Assembly: GCA_964016885.1 (NCBI GenBank) | Contig: OZ024742.1 | Location: 85,188,001 to 85,252,000, forward strand | Reading direction: 5' to 3' | DNA from: Eledone cirrhosa | Taxonomy: Eukaryota | DNA length: 64,000 bases | Shown here: piece by piece, positions 13,421-28,669 of the stretch | Position numbering within the stretch: the first letter of the stretch is position 1 | Layout: each line of letters opens with the position of its first letter | Notes under the pieces: generated by a model | The model's database searches: none | Told to the model about the DNA's origin: nothing | What the model saw: the letters and a program-made list of their open reading frames with translations, nothing else | Translations under genes and position numbers: made by a program

Positions 13421-13899
13421 TTGGTAATTATAATAATGGTAATTAAAATGGTAATTATAATAATACCTACATACATGCATAGATACATACATACTACACA
13501 CATATATACAGTCATTTTACACATACATACATACAGGCCGAGATACATACAAGGAAATGAACCTGAAGATGAACTTCCTCCAGAATAGTTTCCAGAAGAC
13601 TGATGAAGTCCCCAGCAGAAAATATCACACAATTGAAACAGTAAGTAGAGCCAGTCATGCCTAATTGAATGACAGGCAATATCGACCTTAACTCCAAACT
13701 ACAATGCTTAGCAAGAAAATCATTGATACATATAATACCGTATCGCGAGGATACCATAAATGTAAAGGTAACCTGTAGTACATAAAATATGCAATAGAAC
13801 TGGCTGTAACTGAAAACCTTAATATGAACAGAAAGTACAATACATGCATAATAAATCTGTTTGGAAAATCAAATCAAATACCGAAATAAAGTTGCAGAA

Positions 13900-15350
13900 A
13901 AGAGCTACACTTCTGAATTTCATAAAATGTCAAATGGGAATCAAATGACTAAATTACATTCCTGAAAACTAAAACAGAACATACAAAACAGGCATACACA
14001 ACATATCAGGAATAAATGATAATTGAAGTAAAAAGTACAAGTTATGAAACAAACAGTGTGAAACAAAAGAATACCATGTTATTGAAATAGATGACAAAAT
14101 GTTCTAAAGTAAAAAAAAAAAGGAATACTCGAAAAATAATTATAATTCCCCCGCGCCTATATGAACGAAGATCGACCTTATTGGGAATACATCTGGAGTA
14201 ATGCAAAGGGACACAGAAAATGCTAATTGGATAGAACGGCAGAAGCGAGAAGACTCACTGTCGCTACTCCTCACCTGTCTAGCATTAATCCCTTTTTCTC
14301 ATCAACTAAAGTACTTCACATGAGACAAGAATGAAAGACAGCCTTTTCAGCCATCTCTTCTTTTGGATGATTTTAATCTCTTTGCTAAAGAAGAGAACAA
14401 ATTAGAAGTTCTACTCAAGACAGGAAAATATATCAGTGATGACAAAGGCATTGATTATTACCTTGATATATGAGAAAATTGAATTTGAAGAGATGCAATG
14501 TAACTGCATGAACCAACAAAGATTCGCATAAAAAAAAAGAAGACTTCCACAAAAGAAGATCTACACATATATTGGCATCACAGAAGATTAGATGTAAGAC
14601 ATCCAAATGAAATAAAACATAGAACATAATATAAGCAAGTGCAGCTTAACTTAGAATTAGAATATCTGCGATAAACAGCTTAGCAATACTTTATTCACTA
14701 TAGATTTTGCATAATTAACTGAGCAGTACACGATTTCATATGAGTGGATATTAAGTCACATAAACTTATGCCACACCACCAATGGATTACCATAAAGCGG
14801 GGAATGGGTGACACTACAAGACAACAAAAATATGTCTCACCAATACACTAAATCAATCAGAGATTGAATGAAGTAGACAAGAAGACAACACGAAACGAGA
14901 AAAATAAAAACTTTACTCCATGATAAAAGAAATCGCCAAATATATACGGGAAATAAATTTGAACAGAGCCATGACACGAAATCTCGCTACATTTAACAGT
15001 GACACAAAAGCCTCAATAAAAAAAAAGAAAATATGAAAGGAAGCAACATTTCAGCAGATGAATCAAAATGGCAAGATACACTTCTATATGGCATGTACTT
15101 GACTCGAAACATGCAAGCTTTTGTTAATAAAACCGAGACCATTTAGTGACTACGCAGTTCAGGACGGAAAACGGAACCAGCAGGCTTCATAATGGCTGCA
15201 CAAGAGCAATATCTTTGCACAACAAATTATTAGCTAAATGTATTGGGAAAGCTGATGATTCAAAATACAAATTTTGTGTCAGAAATACAGAAACAGTGGA
15301 TCACCTAATGTCTGCTTTAAGAAATTTAACACAATCTGAATACAAACACA
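13900..15350 (+). pseudogene. Heavily decayed R4/Dong-like non-LTR retrotransposon
   Basis: Fragments YWEYIWSNAKGHTENANWIE, AGFIMAAQEQ and KYKFCVRNTETVDHLMS (zinc-knuckle region), similar to 43500-43700. Confidence 0.55.
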
Positions 15351-15363
15351 AAGAAAAGAGAGA

Positions 15364-15455
<92 letters not shown>

Positions 15456-15585
15456 GGAGGAGTGGGGAGGTAGAGTGAAGAAGTATATTCACTGAAACAA
15501 ATGTAAATTGTAAATTAAATGGAAAATAAATAGCGTGTAGATCCGGTAAGTGAAATTTCTAATTTCATAAAAATGTGGGATTTCA

Positions 15586-15650
15586 CCATATATCAATGAA
15601 GGTCACACATAAATCAATGAAGGTCACCATAAATCAATGAAGGTCACACA
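15586..15650. repeat. Tandem repeat ATAAATCAATGAAGGTCAC x3
   Basis: Read directly from the sequence. Confidence 0.8.
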
Positions 15651-16530
15651 CCAGATATCATCAGAAAAGATATTTCAAGATATTTGAAAAAAAATTCAAA
15701 TTACAAGTATCTTGCATAAAGATTTAAAAAAAGTTGTTTACTATCAACCAGGTATAGTTGTCAGACTAAGCCTTTTAAATAAGGGATATTTATATATTTT
15801 GTTCATCAACCAGGAAAACCGGGTATGAAATAAATGCAGAAAATTGTACGCCCTAGTTCTACGTATAATTTTTCCGAATAACATTGTCAATATAACTTTG
15901 GTTAAGAAAACTGCGTTGTGTCATGTATGTGTTACATCCATGGACCACAGATTTCACATTATCCACTATATTTTGCATTTATTTCCGAAACAGCTGAAAT
16001 ACCCGTAAAGTGACTTGTACTTGTAATAAGTCCCTCCCTTCAGACCTGCCCGCATACTCGCTCTTAGCACAGAATCCACCTGCTGAGATTCGGCATCCAC
16101 ACCACACTCTCCCACTCCTCAAGTAGCGTATCCACCTACAAACTATAATGTACCATCAACCAACCACTACTCCCCACCTAAGCTCCCTTTTACATCCTAT
16201 ACTTCCAATGGGCAAATGCGTAGACTATTTTACCACTCTTTCATTCCTGGTTCTTGTATGGGTATACACGCACGGACGCACACACACACACAAACACACA
16301 CACATACACACATATACACACACATATATATAGAGAGAGATATATAGAGGGATAGATATAGATGTAGATATATATATATATATATATATTTACGTAGTAG
16401 TAGAGCCCTAGGTCCATGGGATGAGTTTGGTAGAAGTAATGGTGTCGTACAGCATCATTTAGACCGAGCTAAGGATCCGAAAAAGGTGAAATAATTGTTA
16501 TGGGTATGGTGAACAAACTTTTGTGGAATT

Positions 16531-17760
<1,230 letters not shown>

Positions 17761-18209
17761 GGACAAAATGAAAACACACACACATAGAACAAACAACCAA
17801 CCAGTAACATGTAAATAAACAAATAAATAAGCAAATAAAAACACACACAGACACCCGGATGTAACATATGCGCAAACTAAGCACACAACACACACAACAA
17901 CAAGATGACGTAGGACAGAACAAAGGAGACGCACAAAACAAAGTAAAGAATCCCCAGTCACGGAAGATGTCACAGAATCTGTGACGAAAGAATTTTGACA
18001 ATATATGAACAATCATGCGGTTGTGGAATCAAACCAACCAACCGAAAATTTAGAAAAAATTGAAGTGAAAGCACCTGGTGCGTGAGTTTCTTATTGGCAA
18101 CATGACCCTCTCAAAGTATAACAATATATATATTATTAGAAAGAGAGGTTTCTTTTAAAAATGACATCAAACGAGGTGTCATACACGAGTGAAAGTATAA
18201 GGAAAAAAG

Positions 18210-18401
18210 ATGAAATCGAAAATGCAACTGGAGTCTTTTTTTTTTTTTAAATATATATTTATTTGGTTCCTTTACCGATTTCGCAGTTCCTACATCTCAA
18301 TTCTACTTTTGAAAAGCAGAAGAACTGCGAAACCGGTAAAGGAACCAAATAAATATATATTTAAAAAATAAAAAAAACTCCAGTTGCATTTTCGATTTCA
18401 C
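18210..18401. repeat. Fold-back element with the HHR 5' half in its loop
   Basis: 18210-18289 is the reverse complement of 18322-18401. Confidence 0.9.
18304..18343 (+). ncRNA. Minimal type I hammerhead with U3:A8 core variant
   Basis: taCTT-TTGAAAA-GCAG aagaa CTGC-GAAA-ccgg-TA-AAGga. Confidence 0.65.
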
Positions 18402-18463
18402 CTTTTTTCCTTATATATATATATATATATAGAAGTAGTTCCACAAACGTTAGTTCACCAAAC

Positions 18464-18626
<163 letters not shown>

Positions 18627-18637
18627 ATATGTACTTA

Positions 18638-20567
18638 GTACGCAGGGAGACTGGGAGTAGGAGGTTTGCCAAGGTACCGCAACTGGAAGATTAGTGACGT
18701 GCGGGGTTCCGCATTGTAAATGAGGATGTTGTTGGAGATAAGTATGTCCGGAATGATGCCGGTGTACTCACGGTTACGAATGATCTAAAAGGGGAGGTCT
18801 GAGAATGTCCTTATGAGATACTGATGAATGTGGAGAACGAAAGGGAGAGAGAGAAATTATCCCTAGTAGACCCGACAGAGGGACCAGCTATTGAGATTTA
18901 CGAATATAGGGTACAAGAGGCAATTAAGGAAATGAAGAATGGTAAGGCTGCTGGACCGTCGGGGATAGTTGCTGAGATGCTGAAGGCATCAGGAGAAGTA
19001 GGCACTAAACTATTTGCACGCATCTTCAATCAAGCTATATATGGTGGTGTCATACCCAAAGACTGGTGCAGCAGTATTCTCATAAATTGCTACAAAGGTA
19101 AAGGGGATTCTCTCGAGAGGATCAATTATAGGGGCATAAAGCTGATGGATCTGGTTATGAAAGTGGCAGAGAGAATATTAGCGCAACTGATTAGAGAAAG
19201 GGTAAAATTAGATGAGATTCAGTTTGGTCTTGTGCCTCGGAAAAGTACATCAGATGCCCTCTTCTTAGTGAGACAACTACAAGAGAGGTTCTCATAGAAG
19301 AATGAGCCACTATACTTAGCTTTTGTTCACCTAGAGAAGGCATTTGATAGGGTACCCCGATCTGCCATCTGCTGGTCCCTAAAGAAACTAGGTGTAGAGG
19401 AACGGCCTGTGAGGACAGTGCCAGCTATGTACAGAGATGCTGTCAGTAAAGTGAGGGATTCCAAATACAAGTAGGTGCACATCAGGGTTCGATACTCACC
19501 CGCTCTTGTTCATTATAGTCCTCCAAGCCATAACAAAGGTGTTTAAGACTGCACATGGGAACTTCTCTATGCTGATAATTTAGTTGTTATAGCAGAATGA
19601 GTAGAGGAGCTAGAGAATAAATTCTGGCTATGGAAACAGCAGTTGGAATCAAGAGGACTGAGAGTGATTATAGCCTAGACAAAAGTGTTGATAAGTAGAA
19701 GAGAGGACAATACTCTGATTCCATCAGGGAAATGGCCATGTTCTATATGTAGAAAAGGAACTGGCATAAATTCCATAAAATGTACGGAATGCAGATCTTG
19801 GGTTCATAAGGTATGCATTGGGATAGCAGGGAAACTAACAGGTAGGGAAAACTACGTATGCAGTAGATGTATAGGGAAAGTTGGCAGTAGTAATCGCAGT
19901 GATAGACACATGTTTCCAATGCAGGTTGATTCTATAGAAGTCGTTGATAACTTCCGGTACCTAGGTGATCCGATTAGCATGGGGGAGGTGTTCCGAGACC
20001 ATAGTATGTAGAATAAGGACGGGTTGGAAGACGTTTAGGGAGCTGCTTTCTCTGTTGACAAAAAAGGGTTTCTCCATGCATACGAAACGACGGTTACATG
20101 ATGACTGTGTGAGATGCGCGATGCTGCATGGTAGTGAGACATGGGCAGCAACTAAAGAGGATATGCGACGGCTGTAGAGAAATGAAGCAAGCATGCTCCG
20201 TTGGATGTATAATGTCAATGTGCGTGAACGACCAAGCATGGATGAGTTGAGAAAGAAACTGGGTATAAGAGGGATCAGTTGTGGTGTGCAGGAGAGAAGT
20301 CTGAAATGGTATGGACATGTGATGCGCATGGAGGATGATTGCTGGGTAAAGAAATGCCAAGAAATCCCAGGAGAAGGAAGACACAGTAGAAGTAGACCAC
20401 GAAAAACATGGGCGGCGTTCGTGAGAGCAGACCTCAGATCGCTGAAACTCACGGGGGAGATGACGAAGGACCGTGTCTAGTGAAGAGATGCTGTGCTGAA
20501 TAGAACTCGTCCCACCCTTGCAAGCAGGTAAAGGCGGACGTAAAATGATGATGATGATGATGATGAT
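18638..20567 (+). mobile_element. 5'-truncated RTE-clade LINE (RT with PHD-like Cys/His insert), disrupted
   Basis: MKNGKAAGPSG, NYRGIKLM, QFGLVPRKSTSDALF, LEKAFDRVP, LLYADN, KWPCSICRKG..CTECRSWVHKVC..CSRC and WYGHVMRM; 3' (ATG)n tail at 20545-20567. Confidence 0.92.
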
Positions 20568-23321
20568 ATCATATATATGCATGTATATGGATAAGTGTGC
20601 ATACACACGCAGGTATATGAATATGCATACATGTGTGTGTATATTTTTGTATGTAAAAACTTGCATAAAAATGTGCATACTTAATCCAATCATGGGCCCA
20701 CGTACTGTTAGTAATTTACATACTCTAACCACTCATCTATTAACCTACTCATTAGTTACTCCCTAAATTTTACCTCACAGCATTCTTTTCATGAAAGCAT
20801 TTATTGATATATTTTTCATTAATGTCTATGTAAAATATTTTAAAACTCCACAGTATACCTGAATGCGATGTGTGCATGCAATATGAATACATACATACAC
20901 ATGTTATCACAAGTTTCCTCCCATATTATACACGTTACAATCTATGTTTAAACCCTTACATTATACTTGATTTTATTTTATCTTATTTTGTCTTATTACT
21001 CTATCCACTAATCTATTTACTAACTTGTTTGGTCATTTTCTCATGTATCGCCATATAACCAATTTTATTATATTATTTTTCTTAAAATTACTCCTTACAC
21101 ACCTAAGCTTTGTGTGTACATAGTCTTACCCCTCAATCCCGTCACTCATATATATATATATATAATCAGAGGAAACGTATATTTAAACATAAGCATAGAT
21201 ACATATATAACTCTAACTCCCATACGGTTGAGTAAAATTAGCCTGTAACTAACTGTGCTTCTAGCAGTGAACCTACTGGCCACTAGTCTACCCTCCACAA
21301 CACTTCTTTCTAGACCGTTAGGCACGTGATAATTTTCACTACTTTTGAATTTATTACTGGCGGCGATCACTTTGGAAGAAAATGTGTCCTATCTGATGTA
21401 GACACTTGATAGCATGGCGCCTCATCGATAATGCAGCGATCGTACACATTTCCAGAGAGCACAAGCGAAACTGCCGACACACGGAGTTATATGAATATGG
21501 GTAAAAATGTATCTATTACTACATATATATGGCAATGCAATTTACATCAGTTTTAACAACTGAACAAGAATATTTTGCTGCTAGATGAATTAAAGAGAGA
21601 AACTAAATTAGTCAATGATTAATGTTATTTTAAGAAATTCATGAAATCCCCGACATAATCTGATCTTGTGTACATATTATTGCCTCCTCATTAACAATGA
21701 ATCACCACAGAAAATCATTTTCTGACTTTGATTCATTGTTACTAACTTGTCATTGTCAATTCAAACTACAATCATACTTATTACACAAGGATACCCATTT
21801 TAATGAACATAATTTGTAATTAATTATGCATAAATATACAAACTCATAACGGTGTGATCTGGATGAGAGTATTGACAAAATGGAATTTTATTTTTATCAC
21901 GCCTCCACAATAAGAGACCCTTTGCGGTTTCCTTAGTTTTGTGTATATAATTACCCTGTAGACAGGTGATAAACACTTCTGTGCACAAGTTTATTGTCAG
22001 ATTTCCAAATATATTTCTTTTGGCGGAGATGGCGTTAATATGGTATGATATAAGGATTACTTGCAGCAGGAGACAACCGAAATAATTAGAATTCAAAACC
22101 AGCAATTTGAGGCTGTGCACGTATCATTGTAATGCATTACTGTATTAAACTGATAAAAAAATAAATAAATTGGAGTTAACAAAATAATTAAAAAATTATA
22201 ATAAACATAATTTATAAATTGTAATCTAAGGATGTGCCAGTTAATATGATAATAAAAAAATTATTATCTCATATTAGAGTTACTAATGATTAGATTCAAT
22301 AAAATGAGTGAATGCCAATTATCAGAAAATAATTTAATTGGCCAAATAATTCGGCTCATTGTAAATACACAAGAATCGAAATATAATTTTGATTATTTAT
22401 TTTGTAGATATAAAACGATTTCATTGTCATTTTTTTTATGATGAGATTGTAAAATTTGACGCAGATACTTGAAAACTTCTCAAAGTGTAAATCGCATAAA
22501 AATCCAAGCCAAATGAGTAGGCAATTTATAAAAATACCAATAACTATACATATATCATATCTACTAAAAAGGACAGAGCTTCAATGAAAATATAGCTATG
22601 AGGATTATGAAAACCTGCCGAATATGACCGATAATGAGACGAATAAGAATGTACAAAGAATCCATGAATTGGCACTAGTAAACCTCCGTAGAATGGTAGA
22701 TAATTGGACAGGCACATACAAGTGATGCAGTGAGAAATCAATGGGAGACTAAACTGAAGAATACAACCATCAGCAGGAAGTTTGGATGTGAAAATAAACT
22801 GACGCAGGAAAGATTCTATAAAATAATCAGCAAATCAGACACCGATATTGCATTGGACTATATATACATGAGCAGTATATTTAAACATGGGACGTCTTAA
22901 ATGTATGCATTTGCCCACATAGTGGTTATGGATGAAAAGCTGTGTTTCAAACATACAATTTAGCTTATAACTAGTAGAACGTTAGCAGACAAATTAAACT
23001 TGTCTACACTACACCATTAATCTTCAGAAACTTGAACAGGAGAAATATGATTAAATTGTTCAAGTATGATAGCTTTGTCGTAGGATACGGACATATTGAT
23101 ACGTGATCTGATATGTTTAGGGCTATTTTGTGTCTTAGGAATAAATATTTAAGACATGGAAAATCTTATAGCTCCATGAAACACGTAATGTATGTAACAT
23201 TAGAACCCCTTCTTTTTCGTTAAAGTATAATGCCAACATTTATTCTAATAGAATCATTTCTCCGTAAAAAAACATACAAAATATTATATTCATAAGAACA
23301 TTTAATGCATTCAGATTCCTG

Positions 23322-23508
23322 AATAATTGTTTCTACTTCAGTCACAAGGCCAGCAATTACCCAGTAGATTACTGGTACTTTATTTTATCGACCCTGTAAG
23401 GATGAAAGGCAAAGTTAACCTCGGCGGGATTTGAACTCAGACTGTAAAAGGACGTAACTATGCTAGAAAGCATGGCGTCCAAACCTCTACAGATACTGCC
23501 AATTCACC
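23322..23508 (-). mobile_element. tRNA-derived SINE
   Basis: A/B boxes and body as in the other copies. Confidence 0.88.
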
Positions 23509-24262
23509 TGAATAATGCCAGCAATTTGGCAACAAGGTCTTGGCTGGTACTTTCTTATCCAAAGCGTGACCTTGACGTGTTGTGATGGCAAAATACGAAA
23601 ATGAAGCTGAAGAAATAAGAATATCAAATTAAATTGCCTAACTTCACAGCTTGATTTTGAGTTCCTCTTCATCGAATCATACTCACATGCATTTATTTAC
23701 AGAAAGACAATGTGAAATCTAATAGGAAACTCATGATAATTTATCACAGTCCAGCATGACAAAATGCTGTTTTAATCAGCTTATTTAATGGTCATTATTT
23801 TTCTTTAAAAAGTATGTTTGTGAATATATACATTGCATACATAATTATACCAACGTGCCTAGGGTAGACTGGTGGTATGAGAAGCCGATTTCCTTTAAAT
23901 TAAATGCCATCGATTAAAAAAAATGGAAAGAGTTGTTAAATTAGAAGTTTGTCTATGATAATATGACTTATATGTATGGACTAGCTATAAGCTAAACAAA
24001 TAGTAGCATGCATTTTGACAAAAATATTTACATTATCAAAATACTGTTCAAATAAATTCATATAATATCAGTGTGGTGCCTTTTCTGTTATATAATATAT
24101 GTTTGTAAGATAAATGGAGAAGTATATGGAACAAGGACATTACCGTTATCTAAAATAATATTTGGGTGATTATTTTAGTATATATTTTGATATCGGCACA
24201 GTAAAGCCACAAAACTCGAGAAAATATTCACACAGACAGATGGTATTATTAAATGTAATATA

Positions 24263-24456
24263 GGGCGGTGAATTGGCAGTATTGGTAGAGGGTTGGACGC
24301 CATGCTTTGATGCATAGAGTTACGGCCCTTGCCATTCTGAGTTCAAATCCCGCCTAGATTAACTTTGCCATTCATCCTTACGGGGTCGATAAAATATAGT
24401 ACGAGTAATGCTCTGGGATAATTGCTGGCCTTGTACCAAAAGTAGAAACAATTATT
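24263..24456 (+). mobile_element. tRNA-derived SINE
   Basis: GGGCGGTGAATTGGCAGTATTGGTAG ... GAGTTCAAATCCC ... GTAGAAACAATTATT. Confidence 0.9.
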
Positions 24457-25148
24457 AAATGTAATATATAAAATAAAACGGCTGTGACTGTTACTGGGTA
24501 ATAGTATGAAGCTAGAGTATGTCTCTATAATTATGTAGTACAATAATCAATAAGATATATGAATAGTTTGCTCTTTACGCAACTCATAATGAATCAGGTA
24601 GTTATAAGAATATATGCCAACATAATATATGTTCAATGAAACACAGTAATGCAAGTTATACGAGAGTATAAAACAAACTCGTCTTTATTAATGGTCCTTA
24701 AGACGTACATATCAAATGAAGTGAATACCTTTTCTGAATATTTAACGGAAGGTATCATTATTTCTACTAAATTACATATATAATACCGAATAGTATGATA
24801 TCCTTTTAAGATGGTTTTTTCTTAAATACAAAAATAGTTCGATGAATAGTATAATGCAATTTTCTTCAACAAAAACACAAAGTATTTGAACAGCAATTAT
24901 TTCCAGTTCTTGTATCTTTCCGCTAATGGGTCACAACCACACAAGACACTGCAGGCGTCTTCAATCGGTAATAGCACGTTGAATATTTTCAACATAATTT
25001 ATGACTAGGTAAAGTGGCGTAATTGCTGGTATAGACGAAATGACTGAAGTGGTATGTATAACTACTGCTCTTGAATCATACACATGCGTATTAAGAAACA
25101 GCCAAACAAGTATACATATGTAATAGTCCCCCACATATATATATATAT

Positions 25149-25240
25149 AGTGGGTCCCGACGTGTGAGCTCGAGCCGTTTCGTCAGCCAATTCCAGACGT
25201 GGCTGACAAAACGGCTCGAGCTCACACGTCGGGACCCACT
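25149..25240. repeat. GC-rich ~92-bp hairpin inserted in (TA)n
   Basis: 41-bp arms AGTGGGTCCCGACGTGTGAGCTCGAGCCGTTT with one mismatch and a 10-nt loop. Confidence 0.9.
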
Positions 25241-25297
25241 ATATATATATATATATATAATATAAATGGAGGGGGAGGGGGGGGGGGCTATTACGTA

Positions 25298-25377
<80 letters not shown>

Positions 25378-25380
<3 letters not shown>

Positions 25381-25772
25381 CAATATGTTAACAAATGGAA
25401 ACTATATTTATAAAATCATATTTATTTCATTATACATATTTCAAGGGCCACCAAAGCAAATTATGGTGCGCTTTCATCAGATAAAATAGATTAGTTTTAT
25501 AAATAAATATTAACATACCCTGAAAAAATGCAACCTTCACCTTTTCAGGGTATGTCAATATTTATTTATAAAACTAATCTACATTATATTTTATCTGATA
25601 AAAGCGCACCATAATCTGCTTTGGTTGCCCTTGAAATATGTATAATGAAATAAATATGGTTTTATAAATATAGTTTTCATTTGTTAATATATTGTATATT
25701 TACTCCAATAATTTGTTGAGTTATACAAATATGTTGCTTGTTGTATCCCAACAAATTAAATATAACTTCTAC
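25378..25772. mobile_element. Fold-back HHR element, family A copy 1
   Basis: Arms ~25378-25527 and ~25541-25698; homologous to 33990-34403 and 60885-61158. Confidence 0.85.
25423..25488 (-). ncRNA. Type I hammerhead ribozyme (family A)
   Basis: TATTTTAT-CTGATGA-aagcgcACCA..TGGTggccctt-GAAA-tatgta-TA-ATGAAATA with an 8-bp stem I. The mirror copy at ~25587-25652 has a mutated core (CTGATAA). Confidence 0.8.
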
Positions 25773-25786
25773 ACATATATATATGT

Positions 25787-26169
25787 ATTAATAACAGGAA
25801 TTCCAACTTTGTCTGATTTACTCGCTTTATTTACAATCCTTTAAAATTATAATGATGTTATAATGAAATAGTATGTTAGAATATTAAATGTTAAGTGTCA
25901 ATTTAACAAGTACTTTCATGCTTTCACAATCTTCAGGTTCATATACAATGGTGACAGTCAAGTTTGCAATTTTCAACAGTTGAAAATTGTAAACTTTACT
26001 GTCACCACTGAATATGAACCTGAAGATGGCCAAAGCATGAAAGTACTTGTTCAATTGACACTTAACATGTAATATTCTAACATACTATTTCATTATAACA
26101 TCATTATAATTTTAAAGGATTGTAAATAAATCGAGTAAATCAGACAATGTTGGAATTCCTTTTATTAAT
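25787..26169. mobile_element. Fold-back HHR element, essentially spacerless ~380-bp palindrome
   Basis: Centre CAAC-A-GTTG at 25978, ~190-bp arms, flanked by TA-rich repeats. Confidence 0.88.
26015..26053 (+). ncRNA. Minimal type I hammerhead ribozyme
   Basis: TGAAC-CTGAAGA-tggccaaagcat-GAAA-gtac-TT-GTTCA; mirror copy at ~25903-25941; stem II is weak. Confidence 0.7.
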
Positions 26170-26242
26170 ATAATCTTCTATACACAATCATACACTCCCG
26201 TGTATATTTATATATATATATATATAGATTTATAAAGGTAAA

Positions 26243-26357
26243 ACACTAGTTAGTTCACCATAGCGAGAACAATTGTTTGACCTTATGCGGTTCCTAGCTG
26301 AAGATCCGCATAAGATGAAATAATTGTTCTCGGTATGGTGAACCAACTGTTGTGTTA
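26243..26357. mobile_element. Short fold-back element carrying an HHR-like motif at 26296-26332 (+)
   Basis: CTGAAGA-tccgcataagat-GAAA-taattg-TT-ctcg; same family as 62900-62937 and the decayed 16465-16535. Confidence 0.7.
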
Positions 26358-26368
26358 TTACTTATATA

Positions 26369-26416
<48 letters not shown>

Positions 26417-26420
<4 letters not shown>

Positions 26421-28471
26421 ATAATAATAAAATTGAAGACTAAAATCCAGAGAGGGCTCGATAAGGAAAATATATATCAAATATATAAGAACCGAAGAGC
26501 AAATATTTATTAAAATAACAGATTAAAGTTTAAGCAAAGAATCGCTGCTTTCACCCTTAACGGGATCTTCTGAAACTAACAAAGTCAATCTGTAAACGCA
26601 GAACTGGATATTTCAAAAAGCGTTGCAACCGGAGGAAGACAGGAAGACGATACTTTGGTTCATGGTGACGTTCGCTGGCAAAGAACGGGAAAAAACGAAT
26701 AATACGTCATTAATAGGAGCGGTGAAAAACAATTACGTGCAAGGACAGAACCATGTTTATGGTATAAAAGAGGTCGTAGACTAATGTTCTCTAAGTGGTG
26801 CATAGAGACGTTCTCTGGCAATGAACGAAAAAACGAAGATAATAAGACATATGTGGAGCGTGGAGAACAATAGCGTGCAAAGACAAAACCACGTAAATGG
26901 TATAGCAGAAGTCGTAGACTAAAATTCTAACTAGGAGACCGAATGAATCTCCGCTACAGAGTTAAGAACAAAGTAAATAAATACATACACGCAAACACAT
27001 ACGTACATACACAAGCATACGCAAAACCTTACCATAGGTATACAAAACCACGCACATATAAATATGTGTATGTGTGTATGCTTGTGTACAAATAAATAAA
27101 TAATTATATAAACGTATATAAGTAAATAAATACGTATATAACAAGCGCACACACATACCTACAAATAAATACATGAAGGTTCGGAGACGTAAGTCAACTA
27201 AAACAAGAAGTACACATATACACACACCCACCGTACGTACGAGCCTGCATACTCACGCAGACGCAAAACTTCCATATACACATAACCAAGCCCTAAATAC
27301 CAGAATATGTAAAAATTATACGCCAAAACAGTCAAATATACGTACGAGAAGGTATACATACCTTCACAAAACATACGGGTAATATATACTTACCTATGCA
27401 AATAAGTAAAGGAATAAACAAAACATATACTTAGCTCCCACATCAAGACGTAAATATCCACGTATAGATCGTGCTATCCGTTAGGGTATAACGTAGGGCT
27501 GTAATACAGGAAAGTTTTGTGCAATTTATGTTTACAAGCCGAAATTGCCTCAGATTTTTTGTTTAAGATGTGGTCTGTGGCGTAGAGTATTTCCAGGGCC
27601 TCAGCGGCGCAGAGGTCACATGGTCTTTTATTTCCGTTATACGATTTAGCCCTAGCTAGGATCTCCCAGTGTAACTTATATTGGGTGTGGTTGTCTTTTA
27701 GACTCCAGATATAAGCTGAAAGTGACGTCATATTCCTTCTTAGAGGGTATCGAAAAGAATAGGTATGCATGTAAAGACGCTGCTTGAAACTATTGGCGGT
27801 TAACCCTATGTAGGCCCTACGGGACGTGGGTGTTACAACCTTACATTTGTAGACACTGTTACTAGAGAGGCATTTCCCGGATAGGGGACAATCAGCCCGA
27901 TTCCTACAATTACAGTTAGTACTAACTACAGGGTTGCACGTGTTCCTACGGCTAGGTATTTTAGCTAAATTTGAAGCTGTGATGTTATGTGCAAGGTTAG
28001 GAGTCGTTGAGTAAGAAATTTTAATAGTGTTTCTATTAAACATTTTACTATGTTTATGTGTAGGGGGAAAATTCTTCGTAATAAGGGAAAGAAAGATCTT
28101 AGCTAATGGTGTGGCCACCTTCATATTATATGGTGGGTTAAACCAACAAATGCGACGGGATCTATTTCTTCTAGGTCTATACTCGTACTCTGTATATGCT
28201 ACCTTATCGACAAATCCACTTCGAGCAAGAGCTTCATTGTAATAAGTGGAATGGTCGTTGAAAATGCGCTCGTTGGTGGAAAGACGGGAAAGCCTCAACG
28301 AAACGTTTTTTACCAGGTTCTTGGTTATGCTGGCAGGATGGTTGGAATGCTTACTTATGTAATTAAGCGTATCATTCGGCTTTCTATACGGGTAATGCAA
28401 CCCATTCAATAAATTGAGGGTAACGTCGAGGTAATTAACGACCGAGAGATTGGCCTCAACCTGTATAGAGA
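26417..28471 (-). mobile_element. 5'-truncated Penelope-like element with 3' non-coding tail
   Basis: Contains the ORF 27474-28471; the tail ends at (TA)n and is homologous to 34435-34692. Confidence 0.8.
27474..28471 (-). CDS. PLE RT thumb/linker + GIY-YIG endonuclease (open frame, truncated at the 5' end)
   Basis: VNYLDVTLNL, YRKPN, SNHP, WFNPPY, CNCRNRADCPLSGKCL, VYKC, YIGLTANSFKQR, CDLCAAE, LNKKSE. Confidence 0.88.
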
Positions 28472-28622
28472 GGATGTATCGTAGGTCATATGTGAATCGC
28501 GATGATCACGTCTGACTTACCAAATATGTGACGGTAGCTAGTTAAGCTCTATGCGTATACGCAGAGCAGAAATATTAGTGAAAAAGAACAAAGGAACTAT
28601 TATGACATTATAACACGTTTAT

Positions 28623-28669
28623 TGCCGACCGCCGTTTCGTCCGACCCCAATGTGGGACTTATCAAGGCA
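28623..28669 (-). ncRNA. Type I hammerhead with U3:A8 core variant
   Basis: TGCC-TTGATAA-GTCC cacattggggtc GGAC-GAAA-cggcgg-TC-GGCA. Confidence 0.75.

Noticed and set aside
21824-23800. Possible decayed DNA transposase remnants on the minus strand
   Set aside because: Only vague motif resemblance; it cannot be supported without a profile search
26535-26580. HHR-like CAGAAGA-tccc..gggt-GAAA (also at 34631-34665)
   Set aside because: Non-canonical core, no UH in register and no stem I
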